A DNA stretch of 32,000 nucleotides from positions 38,562 through 70,561 of the forward strand of contig NZ_CACRUY010000011.1 in NCBI RefSeq assembly GCF_902652685.1. The letters run 5' to 3'. Each line of letters starts with the position of its first letter. The first letter of the stretch is position 1. The notes beneath the pieces are model-generated. The model was not told where the DNA came from and searched no databases. It saw only the letters and a program-made list of their open reading frames with translations. This stretch comes from Mycobacterium sp. Marseille-P9652 (GTDB taxonomy: Bacteria > Actinomycetota > Actinomycetes > Mycobacteriales > Mycobacteriaceae). This document shows positions 16,395 to 25,356 of this stretch, piece after piece. The position numbers and the translations under genes were made by a program.

Positions 16395-17255
16395 TCATTC
16401 GGGCCGGGTTAACCCCAGTGGTCCGGCCAGTTCACTCAGCGCGCTCAGCAGGGTGCCTTCGTCCCAGCCGCCCACCACCTGGATCGCGACGTGGTCGGCG
16501 CCGGCCTCGTGATGCTGCGCGAGGCGCCGCGCGACCGCCTCCGGGGTGCCGTGGGCGACGACCGCATCGACCAGCCGGTCGCTGCCGGGCTTGCGCACGT
16601 CGTCCTGCGTGAACCCCAGCCGCAGCCAGTTGTTCACGTAGTTGGCGAGGTCGAGGTTGAGTTGCAGTTGGTCGCGCCCCAACGCGCGGGCCCGCTCGGC
16701 GTCGGTCGTCACGATCACCTTGTGCTCCGGCGCAAGGAACACCGCGTCGCCGACCAATTCCCGCGCCTTCGCGGTGTGTTCCGGGGTGGTCAGGTAGGGG
16801 TGGGCGCCCGCGGAGCGTTCGGCGGCCAGCCTGAGCATCTTCGGGCCGAGCGCCGCCAGCACCCTGCGGCTCGTCGGAATCCCGCGGACGTCCAGCTCGT
16901 CGAGGTACCCGACCACGGCGTCGTACGGCTTCACGTAGGCCTGGTCGACCTCGCGGTGGCCGGCGCCGACGCCCAGCAGGAACCGGCCCAGGTGGGCGCT
17001 TTCGATGCGCGCGAACGAGTCGGCGACGGCCGGGGCGGGCGCGGACCAGATGTTGAGGATCCCCGTCGCCAACTGCAGCGAGGTCGTGCGTTCCAGCGCC
17101 GGCTCCACCCACGCCAGGTCGGCGTCCGGTGACGCGCCGATCCAGACCGCGCCGTACCCGAGCGACTCGATCTTTGCCGCCAGCTCCGGCGTGACCGACC
17201 GGGTGGGCAGCCACACGCCGAACCGGCCCAGGTCGGGCTTGAGCGACACGGTCAC
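16395..17255 (-). CDS. LLM-class (luciferase-like) F420-dependent oxidoreductase, Rv3463-like, copy 2
   Basis: Track ORF 16395..17987 trimmed to the GTG at 17255, which overlaps the upstream stop (GTGA). The 286-aa protein VTVSLKPDLGRFGVW...GAHPYLTTPEHTAKAR... is a paralog of the upstream gene. Confidence 0.85.
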   Translation of the reverse strand: MTVSLKPDLGRFGVWLPTRSVTPELAAKIESLGYGAVWIGASPDADLAWVEPALERTTSLQLATGILNIWSAPAPAVADSFARIESAHLGRFLLGVGAGHREVDQAYVKPYDAVVGYLDELDVRGIPTSRRVLAALGPKMLRLAAERSAGAHPYLTTPEHTAKARELVGDAVFLAPEHKVIVTTDAERARALGRDQLQLNLDLANYVNNWLRLGFTQDDVRKPGSDRLVDAVVAHGTPEAVARRLAQHHEAGADHVAIQVVGGWDEGTLLSALSELAGPLGLTRPE

Positions 17256-18094
17256 CGAAGCCCCAGCGGGCCCGCCAGCTCGGCCAGGGCCGAGACCAGG
17301 TTCTCGTCCTTGGTGAGGACCTGCACGGGGACGTGGTCGGCGCCGGCGTCGAGGTGTTCGTTCAGCCGCGCGGCGATCTGGTCGGGGGTGCCGTAGGCGA
17401 CGACGGAGTCGACCAGCCGGTCGCTGCCCGGACGGGCGACCTCCTCGTCGGAGAAGCCGAGCCGCTTCCAGTTGTTGCGGTAGTTGGCCAGGTTGAAATA
17501 GATGTCGAGCGCCCTGCGGCCGACCGCCCGCGCCTTCTCGGGGTCGGTGGTCAGGACGACCTTGTGCTCGGGGGCCAGGAATGCCGACGGACCGATCAGC
17601 GCGCGGGCCCGCGCGGTGTGCTCGGGCGTGGTCAGATAGGGGTGCGCGCCCGCGGCACGCTGCGCCGAGAGTTTGAGCACCCGCGGCCCGAGGGCGGCCA
17701 CGACGCGCCGGTGGGCGGGGACCCCGTATTCGTCCAGCTTGTCGAGGTACTCCACCAAGGCGTCGTAGGGCTTGCGGTACTCGCTGTGGGCCTCGGGATG
17801 GCCGACGCCGATGCCGAGCAGGAAACGGCCCGGGTACGCCCCGTCGATGCGGTGGAACGACTCGGCGACCGGGCCCGCGGCCGCCGTCCAGATGTTGACG
17901 ATGCCGGTGGCCACCTGCAGCGTGGTCGTCGCCTCGAGGAGTGGCTCGACCCAGGCGAGCTCGGCGGGCGGCGAACCGCCGACCCACACGGCCCCGTAGC
18001 CCAGGGACTCGATCTCTTTGGCTTGCTGGGGCGTGACGCCGCGTCCGAACGATCCGAACCGGCCGAGGTTGGGCTTGCTGGCTGCATCCGTCAT
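17252..18094 (-). CDS. LLM-class (luciferase-like) F420-dependent oxidoreductase, Rv3463-like, copy 1
   Basis: Track ORF trimmed to the ATG at 18094 (MTDAASKPNLGRFGSFG...), giving 280 aa. It shares long colinear blocks with copy 2 (LGYGAVW.G, AELAWVEP, GRFLLG.G.GH, AGAHPYLTTPEHTA.AR, FLAPEHKV, LANY.NNW.RLGF, PGSDRLVD.VVA.GTP). Confidence 0.85.
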   Translation of the reverse strand: MTDAASKPNLGRFGSFGRGVTPQQAKEIESLGYGAVWVGGSPPAELAWVEPLLEATTTLQVATGIVNIWTAAAGPVAESFHRIDGAYPGRFLLGIGVGHPEAHSEYRKPYDALVEYLDKLDEYGVPAHRRVVAALGPRVLKLSAQRAAGAHPYLTTPEHTARARALIGPSAFLAPEHKVVLTTDPEKARAVGRRALDIYFNLANYRNNWKRLGFSDEEVARPGSDRLVDSVVAYGTPDQIAARLNEHLDAGADHVPVQVLTKDENLVSALAELAGPLGLR

Positions 18095-18123
18095 GGTTGT
18101 TCCCAACCCGGCGGGTCGGGGCG

Positions 18124-19608
18124 CTATTCCTCGGCGGGCGTCAGCTCCAGGGGCAGCAGAACGATGAAGCGGGTGTCGCCGGGCGCCGATTCCACGCGCA
18201 GGTCGCCGCGGTGTTTCTTGACGACGATGTTCCACGCCAGGTCCAGCCCGAGGCCCGTGCCTTCCCCGACCGGCTTGGTGGTGAAGAACGGCTCGAAGAT
18301 CCGGCTTCGGACGTCGTCGGGGATTCCGGGTCCGGTATCGCAGATCTCGACGCGCGCCATCTTTTCGCCGTCGCGGCGGGTCCGGATCGTCAGCGTGCCG
18401 CCCTTTGAATCGGGACCGGCGCCCATCGCGGCGATCGCGTTGTCGATGATGTTGGTCCACACCTGGTTGAGATCGCCGGGGTAACAAGGGATCTGCGGCA
18501 GTGAGGTGTCGAACTCCTTCACCACCGCGATGGCGGCGTCTTTTCGTGCGTGCGGGCCGATCCGGTCGGCGAACATCGTGAGCGTGCTGCGCAACAGGTC
18601 GTGGACGTCGGCCACCTGGAACGGGGCGCGGTCCATCTGCGAATACTGCTTGGCGTCGGCCACCAGCGCCGAGATCCGCTTGCTCGCCTCCAGGACCTGG
18701 TTCAGCAGCAGCTCACCTTCGACGGTGTAGGTCAGCCAGCGGATGGCCTTCTCCAGTGAGGTCGACGCGCCCATCTCCTCGGTCGCCGCCGCGATGCGTT
18801 CGAGCCAGTCGGTGTCGATGCCGCCCTCGACGAACGTCGGCGCGATGTCCCACCCGCCCTCGATGCCGTGGTCTTCGAGCCATTCCCCGACGGCGTCCTC
18901 CCGGTCGGCCGTCTCGATCGCGCTCAGGTTCGCCGACGCCGACTTGATGACCTGGGCCGCGACCTCCTCCTGCAGGCGCACCAGCGCCCGCAGCGCCTCC
19001 GGGGTGACGGTCCCGTCCGCGAGCATGGCGAGCTTCTGGCGCATGCCGGCGACCCGCTCCCGCAGCTCGGCCGCGGCCCGGACCGTGGCGGCGGCAGGGT
19101 TGTTCAGCTGGTGGGTCAGCCCGGCGGACAGCTGGCCCAGGGCGAGCAGTTTCTCCCGGTTGCCGATGATCCGCCGCGTGCGCTCCTGACCGACCGCCAT
19201 GCCGTCGAGCAGGTGAACGGCCATCGGGAACTGGTCCTTCATGAAGCGGGCGAAGGCCGGCGCGTCGAGCACGAAGAACCGCGACGGCTTGGTGACGTAC
19301 ACCGTCGCGTCGTAGCTCTGGTGTTCCGACTGCCCGGTGAAGGCCCGCCAGGCGCCGCAGTAGACGCCGCGCTGCGAGGTCCGGTTGGTCTCGATCTCCT
19401 GGCCGCCGGAGAGCTTGGACATTGCCAGCTCGCCCTCGATGAGGACGTAGAAGCACGTCGCGGGTTCGCCCTCGACGCAGATCGGGCCGGGCTCGTAGTG
19501 CTGGATGTGCCCGCTGGCGCACAACTCCCCGAGCTGCTCGTCGGTGAGGGCCTCGAAGAGGAACAGGCTGCGCAGCTCGCCGGGATCGCACGGCTGTGCG
19601 GTGGTCAT
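18124..19608 (-). CDS. Sensor histidine kinase with N-terminal cyclic-nucleotide-binding-like domain (soluble)
   Basis: Track ORF 18124..20910 trimmed to the ATG at 19608, which overlaps the upstream stop (ATGA 19605-19608). 494 aa. The CNB-like beta-roll is LFLFEALTDEQL...FYVLIEGEL. Kinase motifs are H-box LSAGLTHQLNNP (H166), N-box QVWTNIIDNAI, G1 ICDTGPGIP, F-box IFEPFFTTK and G2 GTGLGLDL. No TM segment is seen. Confidence 0.9.
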   Translation of the reverse strand: MTTAQPCDPGELRSLFLFEALTDEQLGELCASGHIQHYEPGPICVEGEPATCFYVLIEGELAMSKLSGGQEIETNRTSQRGVYCGAWRAFTGQSEHQSYDATVYVTKPSRFFVLDAPAFARFMKDQFPMAVHLLDGMAVGQERTRRIIGNREKLLALGQLSAGLTHQLNNPAAATVRAAAELRERVAGMRQKLAMLADGTVTPEALRALVRLQEEVAAQVIKSASANLSAIETADREDAVGEWLEDHGIEGGWDIAPTFVEGGIDTDWLERIAAATEEMGASTSLEKAIRWLTYTVEGELLLNQVLEASKRISALVADAKQYSQMDRAPFQVADVHDLLRSTLTMFADRIGPHARKDAAIAVVKEFDTSLPQIPCYPGDLNQVWTNIIDNAIAAMGAGPDSKGGTLTIRTRRDGEKMARVEICDTGPGIPDDVRSRIFEPFFTTKPVGEGTGLGLDLAWNIVVKKHRGDLRVESAPGDTRFIVLLPLELTPAEE

Positions 19609-21272
19609 GATTCGGCGAGGTAGCGGTGCACGAGCATGACGGCCATGGAGCCCTCGCCGACCGCGGCCGCCACCCGCTTGGCCGACGACGAGCGCACGTC
19701 GCCGGTGGCGAACACCCCGGGCACGCTGGTCTCCAGGTGGTGGGGCGGCCGGTCCAGGGTCCAGCCGCAGACGTTGCGCAGATCGGGGCCGGTGAGGATG
19801 AACCCGCGCTCGTCGCGCGCGACCACCCCGTCGAGCCAGTCGGTGCGCGGCGCGGCGCCGATGAAGATGAACATGCGGTCGCACGTGACGTCCTCGGTGT
19901 CGCCGGTGCGGTTGTCGACCAGGGTGAGCTTCTCGAGGTGCTCGGTGCCGGTGGCGCACTGGACCTCGGTGCAGGTGCGGACGGTGATCTTCGGGTTCCG
20001 CTCGATCTGCTGGATCAGGTAGTAGGACATCGACGCCTCCAGCGAGGCGGCGCGGACGACGATCGTCACCGACTTCGCCTCGCGGGACAGGTGCATGGCG
20101 GCCTGGCCGGCCGAGTTGGCGCCGCCGACCACGAACACGTCTTCGTCCCTGCACTCCGAGGAGATGGACGTCGCAGCGCCGTAGTAGACGCCCTTGCCGG
20201 TCAGTTCCTCGCAGCCGGTCGCCGCCAGCTGGCGGTAGGCGACACCGGTGGCCAGGATGACGGCGTGCGCGTCGATGGAGCCGCCGTCGGCGAACCGCAC
20301 GGTGCGCGCGGACCCGTTGACCTCGAGCGCGGTGGCGGTGCGCGCGGTGATGAGCTCGGCCCCGAACTTCTCGGCCTGCCGGCGCGCGCGGTCGGCGAGC
20401 TGGCCGCCCGACAGCCCGTCTGGGAAGCCCAGGTAGTTCTCGATCCGCGAGCTCTGGCCGGCCTGGCCCCCGGTCGCGGTGCGCTCGATGAGCACCGTGC
20501 GCAGGCCCTCCGACGCGCCGTAGACGGCTGCGGCGAGGCCGGCGGGGCCGCCGCCGATGACGACCAGGTCGTAGAAGTCCTGCGACGGCGTGGTGGTCAG
20601 GCCCAGCGTGTCGGCGAGTTCGGCGTCGCTGGGTTCGACCAGCGTGGTGCCGCGTTCGGTGACGACGACCGGCAGGCGCAGGCCGTCCTCGCCGGCGGCC
20701 TGCAGCAGCCGCTGGCCCGCGGGATCGTCGGACATGAACCAGGTGTAGTAGAGCCCGTTGCGGGCCAGGAAGTCGCGGACCTGCCAGGACCGCGCCGACC
20801 AGCGGTGCCCGATCACCTTGGTGTGCGGGATGGGCCGTTCGGGCGTGCGCCGCCAGGCTTCCAGCAGCGCGTCGACCACCGGGTAGAGCTTTTCCTCGGG
20901 CGGGTCCCACGGCTTGAGCAGGTAGTGGTCGAGGTCGACGACGTTGATCGCGTCGATGGCGGCGTGGGTGTCGGCGTAGGCGGTCAGCAGGATGCGCCGC
21001 GCCGCCGGGTAGAGGTCCATCGCCTGCTCGAGGAACTCGATTCCCGTCATCTGCGGCATCCGGTAGTCGGCGATCAGCGTCGCGACCGCCTCGCCGCGCA
21101 GCTTGAGCTCCTTGAGGGTGTCCAGCGCCTCGGGCCCGGATTCGGCCCGCACGATCCGGTGGTCCTCGCCGTAGTGGCGGCGCAGGTCGCGGGCCACGGC
21201 CCGGGACACCGAGGGATCGTCGTCGACGGTCAGCATGACGGGCTTGCGGGGCTGTCCAGCGGGATTCGTCAT
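19605..21272 (-). CDS. Fused response-regulator receiver / glutaredoxin-like linker / thioredoxin-reductase-like FAD-dependent pyridine nucleotide oxidoreductase
   Basis: 555 aa.
- REC domain: acidic pocket LTVDDDPS, phospho-acceptor IADYRMP (D69), LLTAY (T97), YLLKPW (K120).
- TrxR-like part: FAD motif DLVVIGGGPAGLAAAVYGA, TGGQAGQSSRIENYLGFP, second Rossmann motif VFVVGGANSAGQAA, and GVFATGDVR.
- Where TrxB has CATC, the sequence reads GVYYGAATSISSEC (nt 20151-20192). Confidence 0.9.
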   Translation of the reverse strand: MTNPAGQPRKPVMLTVDDDPSVSRAVARDLRRHYGEDHRIVRAESGPEALDTLKELKLRGEAVATLIADYRMPQMTGIEFLEQAMDLYPAARRILLTAYADTHAAIDAINVVDLDHYLLKPWDPPEEKLYPVVDALLEAWRRTPERPIPHTKVIGHRWSARSWQVRDFLARNGLYYTWFMSDDPAGQRLLQAAGEDGLRLPVVVTERGTTLVEPSDAELADTLGLTTTPSQDFYDLVVIGGGPAGLAAAVYGASEGLRTVLIERTATGGQAGQSSRIENYLGFPDGLSGGQLADRARRQAEKFGAELITARTATALEVNGSARTVRFADGGSIDAHAVILATGVAYRQLAATGCEELTGKGVYYGAATSISSECRDEDVFVVGGANSAGQAAMHLSREAKSVTIVVRAASLEASMSYYLIQQIERNPKITVRTCTEVQCATGTEHLEKLTLVDNRTGDTEDVTCDRMFIFIGAAPRTDWLDGVVARDERGFILTGPDLRNVCGWTLDRPPHHLETSVPGVFATGDVRSSSAKRVAAAVGEGSMAVMLVHRYLAES

Positions 21273-21523
21273 CGGAACTAAGTATGCGCCCGCGGGGGCC
21301 CCCGCGAGAGGTGAGCGGATCGCCCTGAGCGAACGGTCGGCCGTGATTTTGGCCGCGGCGAAAGACCAGGTATCGTGGGGTAACGGTGCGGCGAACGCGC
21401 CGGCTTTTGTGTGCCCAGTCCCCAGGAATTTCCGGTTACCGGCTCACGTTTGAAGTCGGGGTATGTCGCGCCGATCCGGGCGAGACGACAAACGAGACGC
21501 AAGACGAGGATTTTCAAGGACTT

Positions 21524-21745
21524 ATGGCCAAGAAAGACGGTGCCATAGAGGTCGAGGGCCGCGTGGTGGAGCCCCTGCCCAATGCGATGTTCCGCATTGA
21601 GCTGGAGAACGGCCACAAGGTGCTCGCCCACATCAGCGGCAAGATGCGGCAGCACTACATCCGCATCCTGCCCGAGGACCGGGTGGTGGTGGAGCTGTCT
21701 CCCTACGACCTGTCCCGGGGCCGCATCGTGTACCGGTACAAGTAA
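21524..21745 (+). CDS. infA: Translation initiation factor IF-1
   Basis: 73 aa, [78 protein letters not shown] lies 3 nt upstream of the ATG. The track ORF starts too early (21386). Confidence 0.97.
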
Positions 21746-21793
21746 GCAAGCCCGAACCACACCACCGAGAAGACAGAACAGGATCGAACCGCC

Positions 21794-21907
21794 GTGAAGG
21801 TCAACCCGAGCGTCAAGCCAATCTGTGACAAGTGCAGGGTGATCCGTCGGCATGGGCGGGTCATGGTGATCTGCTCCGATCCGCGCCACAAGCAGCGCCA
21901 GGGCTAG
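21794..21907 (+). CDS. rpmJ: 50S ribosomal protein L36
   Basis: Not in the ORF track because it is under 60 aa. GTG at 21794. Translation is [37 protein letters not shown], with stop TAG at 21905-21907. It has the zinc-ribbon CxxC...C...H pattern of L36. Confidence 0.9.
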
Positions 21908-22087
21908 CCAGGCGCATCCAGCACAACTGAATGATGACCTCCCAGCACCACTGAGCTGCCCGGGCGCGTCAAGCGCCAAAAAGACGTATCAGCGCCGCTC
22001 ACCACGCCCGGACGGAGGCCGGGCCCCGACCAGATCGGGAACGGGCTGGGATCAGACCTCCGCTTAGAAAAAGAGGAAACGCCACCT

Positions 22088-22462
22088 ATGGCTCGACTAG
22101 TAGGCGTCGATCTCCCGCGCGACAAGCGGATGGAGATCGCGCTGACGTACATCTTCGGCGTCGGCCGGACCCGTTCGAACGAGATCCTCGAAGCGACCGG
22201 CATCGACAAGAACCTGCGGACCAGGGACTTGACCGACGACCAGCTGACCCACCTGCGCGACTACATCGAGGCCAACCTCAAGGTCGAGGGTGACCTGCGC
22301 CGCGAGGTGCAGGCCGACATCCGTCGCAAGATCGAGATCGGCTGCTACCAGGGCCTGCGGCACCGCCGCGGCCTCCCGGTGCGCGGCCAGCGGACCAAGA
22401 CCAACGCGCGGACCCGCAAGGGCCCCAAGCGCACCATCGCGGGCAAGAAGAAGGCCAGGTAG
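22088..22462 (+). CDS. rpsM: 30S ribosomal protein S13
   Basis: 124 aa, [30 protein letters not shown]... This is canonical S13. Confidence 0.97.
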   Translation: MARLVGVDLPRDKRMEIALTYIFGVGRTRSNEILEATGIDKNLRTRDLTDDQLTHLRDYIEANLKVEGDLRREVQADIRRKIEIGCYQGLRHRRGLPVRGQRTKTNARTRKGPKRTIAGKKKAR

Positions 22463-22468
22463 AACCCG

Positions 22469-22888
<420 letters not shown>

Positions 22889-22890
22889 TC

Positions 22891-23496
22891 ATGGCTCGTT
22901 ACACCGGACCCATCACCCGCAAGTCGCGCCGCCTGCGCACCGACCTCATCGGCGGCGACCAGGCGTTCGAGAAGCGTCCCTACCCGCCCGGCCAGCACGG
23001 CCGCGCGCGGATCAAGGAGAGCGAATACCTGCTGCAGCTGCAGGAGAAGCAGAAGGCGCGCTTCACCTACGGCGTCATGGAGAAGCAGTTCCGCCGCTAC
23101 TACGAGGAGGCCGTGCGCCAGCCCGGCAAGACCGGTGAGGAGCTGCTGCGCATCCTGGAGAGCCGGCTGGACAACGTCGTGTACCGCGCCGGCCTGGCGC
23201 GCACCCGCCGCATGGCCCGCCAGCTCGTCAGCCACGGCCACTTCGCGGTCAACGGCGTGAAGGTCGACGTCCCGAGCTACCGGGTGTCGCAGTACGACAT
23301 CATCGACGTGCGCGACGGCTCGCTGAACACTGTGCCGTTTCAGATCGCCCGCGAGACGGCGGGCGACCGCCCGATCCCGAGTTGGCTGCAGGTCGTCGGG
23401 GAGCGCCAGCGCATCCTCGTCCACCAGCTGCCCGAGCGGGCGCAGATCGACGTGCCGCTCACCGAGCAGCTGATCGTCGAGTTCTACTCGAAGTAA
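22891..23496 (+). CDS. rpsD: 30S ribosomal protein S4
   Basis: 201 aa, MARYTGPITRKSRRL...YGVMEKQFRRYYEEA...LESRLDNVVYRAGLARTRRMARQLVSHGHF. This is canonical S4. Confidence 0.97.
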   Translation: MARYTGPITRKSRRLRTDLIGGDQAFEKRPYPPGQHGRARIKESEYLLQLQEKQKARFTYGVMEKQFRRYYEEAVRQPGKTGEELLRILESRLDNVVYRAGLARTRRMARQLVSHGHFAVNGVKVDVPSYRVSQYDIIDVRDGSLNTVPFQIARETAGDRPIPSWLQVVGERQRILVHQLPERAQIDVPLTEQLIVEFYSK

Positions 23497-23542
23497 GACT
23501 CCCCGCGCCGAACCCGGCGCTGGGCCCAACGGCATCAAATAG

Positions 23543-24616
<1,074 letters not shown>

Positions 24617-24684
24617 AAGTCGTAACAGAAGTCCGTCCCGGCCCTACCTGATACGGGGGTCGGCCCCACTGAGGAGATAGTGCA

Positions 24685-25356
24685 ATGCCCAAGCCCACCA
24701 AGGGGCCCCGTCTCGGCGGGTCGTCGTCGCACCAGAAGGCCCTGCTGGCCAACCTGGCCACCTCGTTGTTCGAGCACGGCCGGATCAAGACGACCGAGCC
24801 GAAGGCGCGCGCGCTGCGGCCGTATGCCGAAAAGCTGATCACGCACGCGAAGAAGGGCACGCTGCACAACCGCCGCGAGGTCATGAAGAAGATCCGCGAC
24901 AAGGACGTGGTGCACGCCCTTTTCGCGGAGATCGGGCCGTTCTACTCCGACCGCAACGGGGGTTACACCCGCATCATCAAGGTCGAGCCGCGCAAGGGCG
25001 ACAACGCCCCCATGGCCGTGATCGAACTGGTGCGGGAGAAGACCGTGACGGCCGAGGCGGATCGGGCGCGTCGGGTCAAGGCCTCCAAGAAGGCCGCGCC
25101 CGAGGCTGCGGCCGCGGCGCCGCAGGCCGCGGTCGAGCCCGAAGCGGTGGACGACACGGCGCTCGACGAGTCGGCGGACGCCGCCCCCGAGGCGGGGGCG
25201 GCGGCCCCGCAGGCCGCGGTCGAGGACGCCCCGGAACCGGCTGACGGTGGGGTGACCGAGGCCCAGGCGAAGGCCGAAGAGCAGCACGACAAGGCCATGG
25301 AGGCCCGGGCCGACGCCGAGCGTGCCGCCGAGTCCGACGAGGCTGACGAGAGTTAA
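24685..25356 (+). CDS. rplQ: 50S ribosomal protein L17 with long acidic/Ala-rich C-terminal extension
   Basis: 223 aa. The core is [53 protein letters not shown]. The tail from about residue 125 is low-complexity ([17 protein letters not shown]...[14 protein letters not shown]...). Confidence 0.95.
   Translation: MPKPTKGPRLGGSSSHQKALLANLATSLFEHGRIKTTEPKARALRPYAEKLITHAKKGTLHNRREVMKKIRDKDVVHALFAEIGPFYSDRNGGYTRIIKVEPRKGDNAPMAVIELVREKTVTAEADRARRVKASKKAAPEAAAAAPQAAVEPEAVDDTALDESADAAPEAGAAAPQAAVEDAPEPADGGVTEAQAKAEEQHDKAMEARADAERAAESDEADES

Noticed and set aside
16395-17987. 530-aa ORF, and 17252..18487 411-aa ORF, as full-length proteins
   Set aside because: The N-terminal extensions are low-complexity out-of-frame reads of the upstream paralog or kinase. 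The conserved LLM sequence begins at 17255 (GTG) and at 18094 (ATG) respectively.
18124-20910. 928-aa ORF read as a single giant kinase
   Set aside because: Its N-terminal 434 aa or so is an out-of-frame, Arg/Pro/Gly-rich read through the REC-TrxR gene. The real kinase starts at the ATG at 19608, which overlaps the upstream stop.
19626-21281. 551-aa + strand ORF
   Set aside because: It is antisense to the REC-TrxR gene. It has no motifs and shadow-ORF composition.
21278-21979. 233-aa - strand ORF across infA/rpmJ. The same applies to 22097..22852, 22885..23574, 23459..24478, 24613..25383 and 25076..25957.
   Set aside because: All are antisense to universally conserved ribosomal protein, rpoA or truA genes. 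They are shadow ORFs.
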